Source: Octopus bimaculoides (taxonomy: Eukaryota). From it: a stretch of 64,000 nt of DNA. Position 1 is the first letter of the stretch. Each line of letters opens with the position of its first letter. The stretch covers positions 162,841,498 through 162,905,497 of the forward strand of contig NC_068982.1 in the NCBI RefSeq assembly GCF_001194135.2, in the 5' to 3' direction. The notes beneath the pieces were generated by a model. It saw only the letters and a program-made list of their open reading frames with translations, was not told where the DNA came from and did not search any database. Made by a program: the position numbers and the translations under genes. This document shows positions 1 through 13,970 of this stretch, piece after piece.

Positions 1-3000
1 GACAGTCCCTAAGTGGAACCCTATATCACTTTTATGAAAGAATTTGGTGAAAAATCACAACTTGGAATGGATGAGCAGATAAAAACATTTAGATCTCCAA
101 TTTAAGAAGAAAAAAGAAAATTTTCATAGAAATAATACTGCCAAAAGACTGAAAAAGTATGTAACTCTTTATGTGAGGATGAAATCAAATATGAAACCTT
201 AATTGAAAAAAAATGTGGATACAGAAACCTTTCTAAGGGATACAGTTTAGATATAGAAAAAAAAATTCTAAGACTATAAACAGTATGAAGGTAACTCTCA
301 TTTCAAATTAGTGAGCAATAAAGACAAGCAGGACTGTTAGAAATTACAGATTTTATAAATTTCCTTTCTATTTTGCTGCATAAATTTATAGATCATTATA
401 ATGCTTTATTATGTTAAATTTGGTGATTCTCCTCCATAGACAAGGCTGTTGAAAGCAATACTTGAATACATGTTGTGTCAAGCAGAATGGTATAGATTTC
501 TGGCAACTGCTCTTTAGCTAAAAAGAACCTCTTGGTGTTTCTGAGTCAAAACTGTAAAATGGTTTCCATTGCATTTATACAACCAAGATGTTTGCTAGAG
601 GTATACACATTACAACTTCCCATGTACTTCTTTAAAATGTAGCAGTTTCTATTTACTCAAAAGAAATCAAACTATATAAGCACCAATGTCTGTTTTGAAT
701 TAACATTAAAATGAATATTTTCCAAAATTTGCATCCTGGAATTATACATGATAGAAAAAAAAATCTTAGGTTGGAGGTCCTCCTGAAGTAAGACAAGGAA
801 GATTCAAGAAAAGACTGATAGTTGTCATGGAGTGGTAAATTCTCCATTTTTCTGTATCACTCACTTTCTCAGCTGACACTGTATAGACAAAATATATACT
901 GGAATACTACAGTTATTAAAATTCTTCATTTAAAAATATCTCCAAAAAGTCACTATGTAGTTTCAAACATGAAGTAGAGCATAATTATTTGTTGTTTCAC
1001 AAATAAATTTGTTTATATTTACAAAATATTCAGGTATTATGCTCTGTTAAATGGACTTAATTTATATAAAAGTTTGATACTTTATATATTACACAATTAC
1101 TTTCATATCTCATTTAAAAGAAATCTTGGTTAATATGGATGGATATTAACTTAACATTGAGGTGCAGGCATATGGTTAGTGCGTTTCTGCTCCTACCTAT
1201 GAAGAGTCAAATTTCAGTATCCAAGCAAAGCCCAATGCCTCAACTAGCCAAACTAAACATTTTTTTTTTTAAATACAAAAATTTTGATGCTTGTATGAGA
1301 CCTTCAATTGACAAAATCAATAAAGTTTATATTGCTAACTGATGTGTCAACTCTTCATATGTTTTTTTCATGATACTAAATTCTATTTATGGACAAATTA
1401 CTTGATTCTTAATTACACAAGTCCCTCTAGCAGTAAATTGGCATCAGATGAAATGCCTTGTGGAATTTATTCTGGCTTGTGTTCTGAGCATTCACTGGAG
1501 TCAATTTTATCCTTTATGGTCAATGAATAAAGTTCCAATCTAGGATGGTGAATTGGCAGAATCTATTAGTGCTCTAGCTGGTATGCTGTGCAATATTTGT
1601 TCCAGCTCTTTGTGTCCTAAGTTTAAACCCTACCATGGTCTACCTGAATGATAGACTTAGCCCATTACCTAGTTTAACATCTCTACCTGGTCCTTGAGTG
1701 CCTTTAGAGAGTCCACTCTGTACATGTAAACAATTGAGACAAGTCTGTGGCTTGAGGTTTCCATCCCATCAATAGAGGAAACCTTGAAAAAGGGTCATGA
1801 GCCCTGCCCAAACAAATAAAAACTATTATCATAACCATTTCATACTGATTACACCCATGTTCAAGATAACACTTCCCATCTGTTTAATACTGATTTTCTT
1901 TAACAACCCTGTAAAACAGGCACTTAAATTTATCAAGATTGATTGTTCAGTCTTTACTGTCCACTTATCACCTATCTAATGCCTCACAGTTTGAAGGAGA
2001 GAGAAAATTTGTTGTCAAATGAAGCAGCTGGTTACTTCTAGTTTTATATATCATAATGTTGAACCAAATTACATCCTACCCTTTTAGAAAAGAAGGATAC
2101 AGTGGATGATGTGGTGCTGGACACAGTGCCGGAAAAAAGAGAATGGTCACAGCTGGTATTCTTTGATTTTAAAGTCTAGTGAATCAAGGCTGACTTCAGG
2201 CTGAACAACATATATACATATATCATGCACACTCAGATTGAGCTCTTCATTAAAAAACAAATACATTACTACGAACACACAACCAAAATGCCACCACTTG
2301 TAATATCACCACCGCAAACATGCTGTGACAGACAAGAAAGAAAATTCTTTTAAAATTTACTTTCACAGATATTTTAAAACCTTTTTCTCTAAATATTTTT
2401 TATTTATTGAAAGAAAAAAAAAGTTCCATTTGCAAGGAAAAAGATATACAATCTGATGGAGGTCATTGAAGAATTGCATGACATTTTGGCCATGTCAGAT
2501 TGTATCACAGAGGTTTGTGGCTTAGTTGGAAGTCAAGATAATGATACAGTTGACATGAGGAGAACAAACTTACACATGCATGAAAGAGAGAGGGAGTGGA
2601 CTTAGACTTTTTGTAATGAATTAGTTCTTTTGAAAACTGATGAATCCAAATTTAAAACTGATGAATTAGAATTTAGAGATAATGATGAGGAGATGGAGAT
2701 TATAACTGATCTTAAACTAAGGATAAAATAACACTGTCCTTTGCCCTATAACCATCAAAACATGGAAGAAACCATTATCTAGTTGTAGAGTATGTCAGGA
2801 TTCACAAGTACCTAGTAGTTAGGTAAGTCAGGAACCACAAATACCCAGTTGTGAGCTAAATCACATGCGCTCAGTAGTTGACTGAGTAATAAGTGTCCAG
2901 TAATAGGACAATTTAAGATCTATGAAACTCTAGCAGTGGGTTGAGCTTTTGGTAGGTTAATATGAAGCAACATGCAGTTAAACAGGACTGCACAGTATAT

Positions 3001-3018
3001 GCATATACATACACAGTG

Positions 3019-3024
3019 TGTGTG

Positions 3025-3070
<46 letters not shown>
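3019..3070. repeat. (TG)n-(TA)n microsatellite; similar (TA)n tracts at about 12608-12655, 39607-39637, 51300-51340 and 56866-56899, and (AG)n at 59958-60092
   Basis: Direct inspection. Confidence 0.95.
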
Positions 3071-3072
<2 letters not shown>

Positions 3073-5028
3073 CACAACATATATGTACATACAATTATTG
3101 ACAGACAGCAGGCAATTTAGAGAAAATAAAGTGTCAAATATTACAGAGATTAAATGACTCTGAAAGGAATTGGAAATTACTCTAAAAAATTCCTTCTTCC
3201 AAGAGGATGATATCATTTAACTTATGCTGAAAAAACATAGTATTCATGCTGATGTTAAATGTGTGAGGTTGATGGCAATTCTGAAAGATAATGAAGAGAA
3301 GCCAAGTAGCCATATAGCTGTTAGGTATTTACAAGCAAAGCTTATAGCACATCAAAGTGTATCTCAACAGCCAGGATTTCATCAGTTTTCATAAAATCCG
3401 ATTGAGAATTCCTCCACTTTACAGAAAAAATATTATAAGACAGAATAAAAAAAAATGATGGGCAGGATATTTTTTGATAAGTTGGTGTAAAAATCAAAAA
3501 TATAAAGTGGAAATTTGACAAACATTGACATAGCTGGCAAAATATCAAAATGAATTGCATATTTATAGTGGAGAATAACTATAAATAAATAACACCAGAA
3601 TGACCATTATGTACATACATATGCTGGGGCTACAAACATTCTTCTGTCCATAACATACATAAAATGCTGCCATGAAATGTTTAACGATGGTAGAAAACAG
3701 AAAAAGTTAAACAGCAGAACACAATGCCTGCAGCAATCAGAACTCCACAAACTGAAGTAATCAAAAATACTCCTGAACAGATTCAGTTACGCAACAAACA
3801 ACTTTTACTCAAAAAGGAGTAAAATAAAAAGATTGCTGCTGTCAAATAAAACAGTGAGACTGTCTCCATTTGAAAGTTTTGCAGCATGGTTTACAATAAT
3901 GTTAATGCACTGCACATTATAATTAGTAAATTTATTAATAAGGAAAGCAGTTGTAAGCTTTTTACTTAACATCACCATCCAATTTTGTGTTATCTTCTCA
4001 AAAATTAATTTCACACATAATTAGAAGGTTTAGATCATAAGAAATAAAGTGGGGGAAAAAATATTTGAATTTCTCTCTTTCAGCATTTTGTTTTCTTGTC
4101 TTTACTAACATCTACAAATATCCAGCCATTAAGTTTTCAATTAATGAAATTAACAAATTAGATGAACAATAAGGGCCAGTAGGTTCAGGGACAGATTTTG
4201 TTACTCCATTTGAGAACAGAAAAGTTTCAACATTATTGCATTGAAAAAGAAAAAAAAATATTTGTGGTAGAGAGAGTTGAGCAATATGGAGACCATAAAT
4301 GAAAATGGTGTTGTAATTTAAGTTGTAATAGTATGTTTAATGACCATTTACAGGGTGATAACTTCTCTTAAAGGACCAATATATTTGAATCAATATACTG
4401 AGAAAAAAAACAACTACAATTTTGTTTTAGAAATACCTGTTAAATGGTGTATGTGTTGAAGAGAGAACATTATCTTATAGAAATTCTAATAAATAGAACT
4501 ATTCAGTTTGTAAGCAGTACATTTTAGAATATTTCAAAATTTCTCTGGGATTTAAAAAAAAACTTTTGGAAACAAAACATACTTCATTAAATTTATCTGA
4601 AAAAAAAACCCAAAAAAAACAGAAAGATCAAATAAATTGTAGTAGAGCAATTTGAGAGATCTATATACACAGAAATGCAGTGTTTCTAAATGAGACCTTA
4701 CAGCATGGTAAAACCTCTTGCTCTTTGTAAGGTATTAAAGTTTCTTAAAACTATTCTCTCTTTCTTTAATAATTCATATTCATTCAAGTTATTTCATTCA
4801 TCTATCTTTCACTTTCTTCTTAAAATTTCATTTCTCTGATTCTATAAATTGATTACAAAAGACAGTACTAGTGGAAGGAAACCAAAGTTAGTGTATCAGA
4901 ATGTTTGATCCACAACCATTTTAAAGAAAGAATAAGAAAACAGAACTGATGAAAAATAAGACAATAGCCACATATTGAAGCTGGAACAAGAATAGGAGAG
5001 TTCAGCTGAACTGTAATGGTGTAGCAGA

Positions 5029-5508
<480 letters not shown>

Positions 5509-5621
5509 TTAGAATAGCAAGAAATAGCATCCATGAGAAATAATGAAAACAAAACAACAATCCATTCATATATTCATTCATTCAAGTCCAAAAAAGCAGT
5601 TAAATGATGTAGTTGGAAATA

Positions 5622-6873
5622 TTAGGTTGTCAAGGAAGTTCTTGCGGAATTTTTAATTTCGGTTTTAAATGAAGTATTTTCAAATTAACTTTCGTTAAAT
5701 TACTTTGACTCTTTATATCATTTTAAAGCCCGTCTTTTGCTCTATCTAATCGTGTTACTCTTTTTCTTTTTGAATAATTAGGCCATTTTTTCCAGAACGT
5801 TGAATACAACATGGACAAAAAGCAAATTTGCACAATGTTCTCATTCCAGTTCAAGCTAGGCCGAAAAGCTGCTGCAACAGCTCGCGATATCTATGATGCG
5901 TTTGGCCCTGGAACCACTAATAAACGTACAACACAATGGTGTTTCAAGAAATTTTGTAGCGGTGACGAGAGTCTTGAAGATGATAAGCTTAGTGGTCGGC
6001 CATCGGATGTTGACAACGATCAACTAAGAGCCTTAGTCGAAGCCAATCCACACACAACTGTTCGAGAGCTTGTTTCTGAATTAAACATAACATATATGAC
6101 AATTTCCAACCACTTTTGGAAAAACGAAAATACTTGAGAAATGGGTGCCACACGAATTGAACGACAACCAAATAAAAACACCGTTTTGAAGTGTCGTCTT
6201 CCCTTCTTTTATGAAACAAGAACGACCAGATTGTGACTTGCGATGAAAAGTGGATTTTTTACGACAACTGGCAATGCTCAGCTCAGTGGTTGGANNNNNN
6301 NNNNNNNNNNNNNNNNNNNNNNCAATGAAGCTCCATGCACCAAAAGAAGGTCATGGTGACTGTTTGGTGGTCTGCAGCCGGTCTCATTCATCACAGCATT
6401 TTGGATCCAGGCGAAACCATTACAGCAGGGAAGTACTGTCAGCAACTGGATGAAATGCATAAGAAACTCTGACAACAACAGCCAGCATTGGTCAATAGAA
6501 AAGGACCAATTCTTCTCCATGACAACGCTCGGCCACAGATTGCACAACTGAACGAATTGGGCTACGAAACTCTACCTCATCCACTATACTCACCAGACCT
6601 CTCGCCTACCGACTACTACTTTTTCAAGCATCTCGGTAACTTCCTGTGTGAGAAATGCTTCAAAAGCCAAGACGATGCCAAACACACCAACAACTTCATT
6701 ACCACCAGAACGCAGGATTTTTACGCTACTGGCATAAATAAACTTGTTTCGCGTTGGCAAAAGTGTGTTGATTCTGATGGTGTTTATTTCGATTAATAAA
6801 GTTTTGTTTGAGCCGAGATATGTGCATCTGAATTTAAAGGTTAAAAACAACAAGAACTTTCTTGACAACCTAA
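5622..6873 (+). mobile_element. Full-length decayed mariner (Hsmar1/cecropia-like) DNA transposon in SURF4 intron 3
   Basis: TA target duplications at 5620-5621 and 6874-6875. TIRs ttaggttgtcaa(g/a)... match at 22/23. Transposase pieces MDKKQ...GRKAA...SGRPSDVDNDQLRA, WVPHEL, TCDEKW, HDNARP, YSPDLSPTDY are broken by frameshifts and stops. 28-N gap inside. Confidence 0.95.
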
Positions 6874-7060
6874 TACAACTAAACTAACGACCACTCTCAA
6901 CATTTTTTATATAGAAAATTCTTATTAGTCATTCCATTCAGTATTTATCACCTGGCAGATGTTGAGATATATTCAAAATCATTAACTTAATTGAACTATA
7001 GTTTAAAACACTTCAATATTTCTAATTACAAATAAATTACTTCAAATCAAAGTGTCGCAC

Positions 7061-7104
7061 CTGAGTAAAAATTTCAAATCCCACAGAATACTATATGCCA
7101 CAGT
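7061..7104 (-). CDS. SURF4: SURF4 exon 3 (44 nt)
   Basis: ttttgcag|ACT GTG GCA TAT AGT ATT CTG TGG GAT TTG AAA TTT TTA CTC AG|gtgcga = TVAYSILWDLKFLL(R), matching SURF4 TIAYSILWDLKFLMR. Phases 0/2 fit the flanking exons. Not in the ORF track. Confidence 0.95.
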
Positions 7105-8789
7105 CTGCAAAATAAAAATAAAACATACATTAGAAACTTCAATGTTTAATGAAATTAATCTCTCTCTCCAACAGACAAATAAAACAAAACTTTTTTGTGA
7201 AGGTTATCAGAAAAATACAAGAGAAATGTCATAAACGAAAGTGTGGTAAATTTACAATTTTAATACTCAAAATATATACAATGTTGTATTCCAATAATTT
7301 TGGAGAGAACAGGTCACTAGAATTGATAAACTAGAGAGGATCAGTGTTGGCAAGAATCAGACTTGAAAAAAGACTTAGCTTTTTATTGTACTAAAGACTA
7401 ACAATTCAAACAGAGCCCTCACATAAAGGACCCTGCCTGTAATATAACTATATTATCCCAGATACCACTCAGTCATCATTTAATGTCTGCTTTTCATTTT
7501 GGCATAGGTCAGATGCTGTTGACAGGGAACCAGCAAGTTATAGTGTTGCATCAGGTTCCAATGTCATCTTTGGCATGGTTTCTATGGCTAGATACCCTTC
7601 CTAACAACAACCACTTTACAGAGTGTACTGGGTGCTTTGATCTTTGTAGGCCATCCTGGACAAATAAAGTTGATGCAGTTGATGCTCAAAGTTACAAATT
7701 GTGCCACTCATCCTGGAGTAACAAGCTATGTATCAACAAATCTAAGACAAAACATGACTGAACTCAGCAACTAGCAAAAGAACACTCTTCTAGAAACTCT
7801 TGTAGTTGAATATGGGACCATAAGATAGTGTGTGTATGTGTATGAGAGGTTAAATGTCAAGTATACAACCATGATGAGATTTAACATTTAACAAACCTCC
7901 CTCAAACTGCTTCAGATTCTACAATACAAAATTTTCCATTTTCAAATGCTTACCGTTAAATAAATTAAAAACTTTCCATTCTATACAATTACAGTTTTTC
8001 ATTTGCGTCATTAATATCAGCTTCATAATGAGAAAATTAGTTATTTTTCTAAATCCCATCAAATTCTTATTTTCATAAATTAATGGAAACATACAGACAG
8101 AGTAACTCATAAGGAAAGTTCACAAAAGAGCATTCATCTGAAACATTGATTATATACCACACTTATCTAGATTATCTCCCAGCTACTCCATACCATGTCA
8201 GTTGCATTGTGTCTAATAACCACAAAACCACAAATTGAATACTTTATACATTTCTTAGTCTCCACATCTCTTCCTTAATCCCAAACCTGTACAGGTTCAA
8301 ACTGACAATCACTTTAACCTCCCTCAGTTATCATTAAGCCAAAGTCTCTGGCTAAGAAAAAACTATGGGCATTTCCTTTTCCACTTTGGTGTTGCCAATG
8401 AAGTTGGAATGTAACCAGGATGTATTTAAGAGCAGATTTTACTGTAGTACCTGTAATATAAAGTGTGAGGACAGAGTATGGCAAAAAGAAAGTAATTTAC
8501 AATTATGAGTGAGGCTTCATTAATGGACTGAAGATTAGGGTGGAGTGAAAACAAAAAATTGTGGAAATTGAAAATGCCTGAGGCCTAGAATCTTGCTATA
8601 TATTATTACTAGAATAAATTAAGACATTTATTCATATTTATTGACGGGTCAACATCAGGACCATCGAGCTACTCCGGAATGATAGGAAAGGAAATAAAAG
8701 AATGTGAAAATCATCCAGTTGTCAAATTTGTTCCTATTAAGTGTCAGCTTTTGTCACAAAGCCAAAACTTAGTCTTCAACGACATTCTT

Positions 8790-8995
8790 TTATTCTTTTA
8801 CTTGTTTCAGTCATTTGACTGCAGCCATGCTGGAGCATCGCCTTCACTAGAACAAATAAACCTCAGAACTTATTCTTTGTAAGCCTAGTACTTATTCTAT
8901 TGGTTTCTTTTGCCAAACTGCTAAGTTACAGGGACATAAACACACCAACATCAGTTGTCAAGCGATGGTGGTGGTGAGGGGGGGGACAAACACAC

Positions 8996-9026
<31 letters not shown>

Positions 9027-9192
9027 TATGATGGGCTTCTTTCAGTGTCTGTCTACCAAATCCAATCACAAGGCTTTGGTTGACCCAAAGTCATAGTGGA
9101 AGACACTTGCCCAAGGTGCCACATAGTGGGACTGATCCCGGAACCATGTGGTTGGTAAGCAAGATATTTACCACATAGCCACGCTTGCGCCT
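8790..9192 (-). mobile_element. Full-length tRNA-derived SINE with internal (TA)n/(CA)n tract
   Basis: tRNA-like head at 9192-9031 (tggtaa...ggttccgggatcagtcccact...ttgggcaagtgtctt), an internal microsatellite, and a 3' segment ending tgactgaaacaagtaaaaga that recurs at 49305-49489. Confidence 0.75.
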
Positions 9193-10053
9193 ATACAATA
9201 TAGAAGAATATGTAAACAAAATATAACAAAAATCTGTTATACAAACATAAAATGCTGACTTATGAGGATGTGAGTGTACATGCATGTTTTTGCATTTTGC
9301 TGAACATTATCATCAGTTATGATTCCACCATGCATTATTGCAGGCTGGCCAGCAAACTTAAAACTGCAAACATTCATTAACATAAAAAGTACATAACTTC
9401 TGAACAAATAAACAGATTTTCATACAACCTTCATCATTCTTTTTTGCATTGAATAATAAACAATACTGAATAGAGTGAGTATTGACATAAATTCCATAGA
9501 TTTAGTGCTATTGTAAAAACATTTACAAAAATTCCCCCATTTTCAGAGTTTAAGGAGCTTTTGATTGATCTCAGCAAAAATTTTGCATTTTTCTAGTAAT
9601 TGAATATAGCAACATTTTAGCCCTCAAGCGTTTTCAATTTTCACAATTTTTTATTTCCACTCCACGCTACTGAATATGGTGCAAGATCTAAGATATGGGA
9701 GAAGAGCACCACAGCAAAGAGTTACAGCTGTCATTCTGTTGAGCTATGTCTAGGGATAAGACACCTACTAATCCCTAGTCCAATATCATTTGTAAGGATA
9801 CTGTATAATTAACAAATGTTTCATTATTTGCAGTGCCAAGTTTTAAGTCCTACTATAAATTCAAAAAGTCAATACTCAGCTGCAATTCCCACAATCATGT
9901 TTTGTCATCTTCACTATTTGATTTAGGTTCTGATTCTGAATACAGGTCGTATTTCATGACTATTGAAGAGCAGAACATTCCACATAAAGTTTATCACATG
10001 ACAAACACCACCTGGTGGATATTTTATTCATTTACAAGTGTTTCAATGATTGA

Positions 10054-10353
10054 TTTTCGAGCGAGATCGTTGCCAGTGCCCCTGGACTGGCTCTTGTGCG
10101 GGTGGCACATAAAAGACACCATTTCGAGCGTGGCCGTTGCCAGTATCGCCTGACTGGCCTTCGTGCGGGTGACACGTAAAAGCACCTACTACACTCTCTG
10201 AGTGGTTGGTGTTAGGAAGGGCATCCAGCTGTAGAAACTCTGCCAAATTTAGATTGGAGCCTGGTGTTGCCATCCGGTTTCACCAGTCCTCAGTGAAATC
10301 GTCCAACCCATGCTAGCATGGAAAGCGGACGTTAAACGATGATGATGATGATG
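10054..10353 (+). mobile_element. 5'-truncated RTE-type LINE/SINE 3' end with (GAT)n tail
   Basis: Two 66-bp units followed by the conserved end ...ggaagggcatccagctgtag...gcatggaaagcggacgttaaacgatgatgat. Same family as 34450-35960. Confidence 0.85.
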
Positions 10354-10987
10354 AGCCAACAGTTGCTCAGGACTGTAATATTCCTGAGTCCACAAAGTCC
10401 AAATTACTCACAGATGATCGTTTAACTTTTAGCATATATTACTGAAGTAAATCTTTTACATTTCAGTAACTTCAATATAGTTGGTTCACTGATACAGATT
10501 ACCTCTGGACTCAATGGAATACTGTAGCAGTTTATGAACCCATACCAGTTGAATAAAGAGACCAATATTTTAAAGTAAATAGATCATTGGAACAGCCTAA
10601 AAATTAATAAAGGTGTTTCCAAGTCATTGAGGGAGCCATTATGTGTGTGCATGACCTGCTAGAAATAACAACCAAATCACCACATCACAAAACTATCTTT
10701 AAAAACAGGGGTGGGGAGTTGGAAAACAGAGACCTTGAGTTACAAAAAAGATAATCATATCTGGAATGCCTTTGATCATAGCTAACCTGGGGCTAAACAA
10801 TAGATTCTTGCAATAATGGATACACTGTAAAGAAGTTTAGCATAAATCTAACAAATATGGCCTACATTCTAATCTACTTGTGACTAAAGTATATATATTT
10901 AAATAAAAGGCTCATTGAAAATCTCTTTGCATGAATGCTATTGGTTGATTAACATTAGCATAGATATATAACGTTACAGAAATTTTA

Positions 10988-11413
<426 letters not shown>

Positions 11414-12603
11414 CTAGGAACTTAAGTTAAACATTGCTTTCTCTGTATCGAAATGATTATCTTAATTTATTACCTTAATGCTTGAGATAAATACAATTCT
11501 TCAACAATTCAACAAACCTTAATCTTGAACAGAATAATTAGAAATGGGAAGTAAACAACACCAATATTGTTATGAGATGTACAGACATATGTAGGTTGTG
11601 ATAGTGAAATATTTACAATGTAGTAATGTTATATGAGCAGTGACACTGAAATCGCAAAAATATACAATGTAGTGGTGACATATGGCCCACAAAACTGAAA
11701 TCACAGAGATACACAGCAGACATACAGTGTGGCAGGAACATGTAGACTGTGATACTGAAATTAAAGATACAGTGTTTGGTAGAGATGAACATGGTAACAA
11801 AATCATGTAATAAACTATTGACAGTTGAGAAAATTATTAATCTATGATAGAAAACGGTAACTTTTAAATTCTGGAAACTGATGTGTTTAAATAGATGTAC
11901 CTTATTCCTATGTTCCCTATAAGTGTACCATATTCCTATATTCCCTACTATGTAAATATAGCTAACACCTTTGATCTCGACAAGTAGTGACAGCCTGGCA
12001 AATGGTTTGCGGTCATGTTTGCTGTACAAAATTATAGAAATTAAAATATCAATAGCCTTCTGAAAAGATTTCTGTTGCTGATCAACCACAATGAGCCTTG
12101 TTTGATTAATGTACATGTATATAGTGAACCAAATAATGTTTTTCTATGCATTTCTAACTTGTAGTATGGTGCTTCATTATACTCAATTTAAAGGGTCCAT
12201 GTAAAATGTTTATAGAATTTATAAATATACTAAGTGTATGGTTTAGATTTAGTTGCATATTTCATCATTATTTCACCATGGTTTAAGATATCTTTATCGC
12301 AAAAAAAATTTCTTTTTTGAAGAAATTAGTTTTTCTTCGTTTTGACTTCAGCTATTCAATAAATGACAATTCTTCCAAGAGAGATAGCAATCAATACTTC
12401 CTTTTTTGAAATATATACATCTCTATGTAGTCAATTTACAATATTCTAAAGCTCAGATTAATATAATTGTACTCATTTCCAATTAACCTTTTGAAGATAA
12501 GCCTACTAATGTTTCTATACTAAATGAACATTTTGACAAACTGAAACTAGTAAAAGAGTAAATGTTATCTAATATTCTCCAATAATATATCTAAATCTCA
12601 GAA

Positions 12604-12658
<55 letters not shown>

Positions 12659-13479
12659 TTAAATAGATAACCCCTTTTTTTTGTTATATAATTATGGTAG
12701 GTAATAAATAGATCAGTCCGTTTATTTTATAATGGTTTAATAAACATAATTGACATTCTTTTAACTTTTACATTGCTTTTTTTTTCTTTCTTTTACTTAA
12801 AAGAGAAGAGTCAGCATTTGTAACCATTTATGCCATTTTGGACACCTGGTTTGTATACTACACACATCTTAGCAAACAGAATCATATAAGGTAATGACAA
12901 GTAATTCAGACATTACCTCTGTGCACTGACAACTGTCCATGTTCAACCACTTATTTTAAAATGTAACATTTATACAGTGAAAACACCAAGGTGAAACCAC
13001 TTGTCTTCTCAAGAAAGTTTGTTCTATCTGAAGTAGCTGAACATAAACTAGTTTTGACTAGTTTCAGAAAATTGGCCATGTGTTTGCAACATTTCTTATG
13101 TAGTCTAATACTGGGTTCTATGTTATGTTATAATAGTGAGACAGAAAATGTGTTGTCACTTCTTATAACATTTGTAGTAATACAAATGAGTCAGAGTTAC
13201 TCTTATGACATCAATAGTGATACAGGTAAGTCAATATTATTAGCTATGTTACAACATTAGTAGTGATATAAACTGATAAATGAGCCTGACTGTCAAGAAA
13301 ATAGAATCTATAGTACAAGTACAATAGATTCTAATGATCAATAAAAATAAAAAGCAATTTAAAAAATAAAAGTTATGGAGCAATGTAATCAATTAGGATC
13401 CTTTTATACACCCTTCCCCTTTCTTATCTCTACAAAGGACTTAAATGTGTCTGTTCAAAGAGTTCAGTGCCCTAAATGT

Positions 13480-13970
13480 TATAAAGAAATCACAGCTGCA
13501 CTCATATGATGCATCTTCAGATTTCATTTCAGAGAGTCTTTATATAACTTTAGTAGTACTCCAACAGAATGCTTACCAATTGCAAGCTGGTCATAAAAGA
13601 CTGCTTGGGAAATGTGATTTTTTTGCACTTAAGCCTGACTGCCATGACCCAACAAAATTGATAACATTGACATACCTGTATCACTATTCATTTCATAAGA
13701 GTAATGTCAACATAAAACTGATTTTTCAGGGAGGTAGGACTTCTATATTGAGTATCATGTCCTACCACTTGATCTTACAGATTTTATACATAAACAAGTG
13801 GAAACTATCTAACGATTTTATCTGCCTATAATATAGTGTCCAGGAGTCAGCACAATGCAATAATGTAGTTAGTTCCATTGCATACATATATACAAGTGCA
13901 TATTTTTTTACTGGGGTATTCTGGTGAATGATGTAAACATCAGTAAGAAAACCAATATATTGGTACATTT
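13480..13970 (-). mobile_element. Degraded RTE/BovB-like LINE RT C-terminal fragment
   Basis: Translates ELTTLLHCADSWTLYYRQIKSLDSFHLFMYKICKIKW*DMILNIEVL, resembling RTE TLLYGAESWTLYRRQIKxLDxFHxRCLRxIL.IKW.D.IPNxEVL. Confidence 0.7.

Noticed and set aside
770-834. Plus-strand exon-like segment VGGPPEVRQGRFKKRLIVVME; considered as a SURF2-like tail-to-tail neighbour of SURF4
   Set aside because: The acceptor is A-rich with no pyrimidine tract, no partner exons were found, and there is no recognisable SURF2 similarity in 1-4000.
8300-8452. Open minus-strand stretch after a tacag acceptor in SURF4 intron 2 (possible cassette exon)
   Set aside because: Poor donor (gttaaa), no homology, and the SURF4 model is already complete and in frame without it.
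11613-12116. 167-aa minus-strand ORF in SURF4 intron 1
   Set aside because: AT-rich, runs through a degenerate tandem repeat, and has no recognisable domain.
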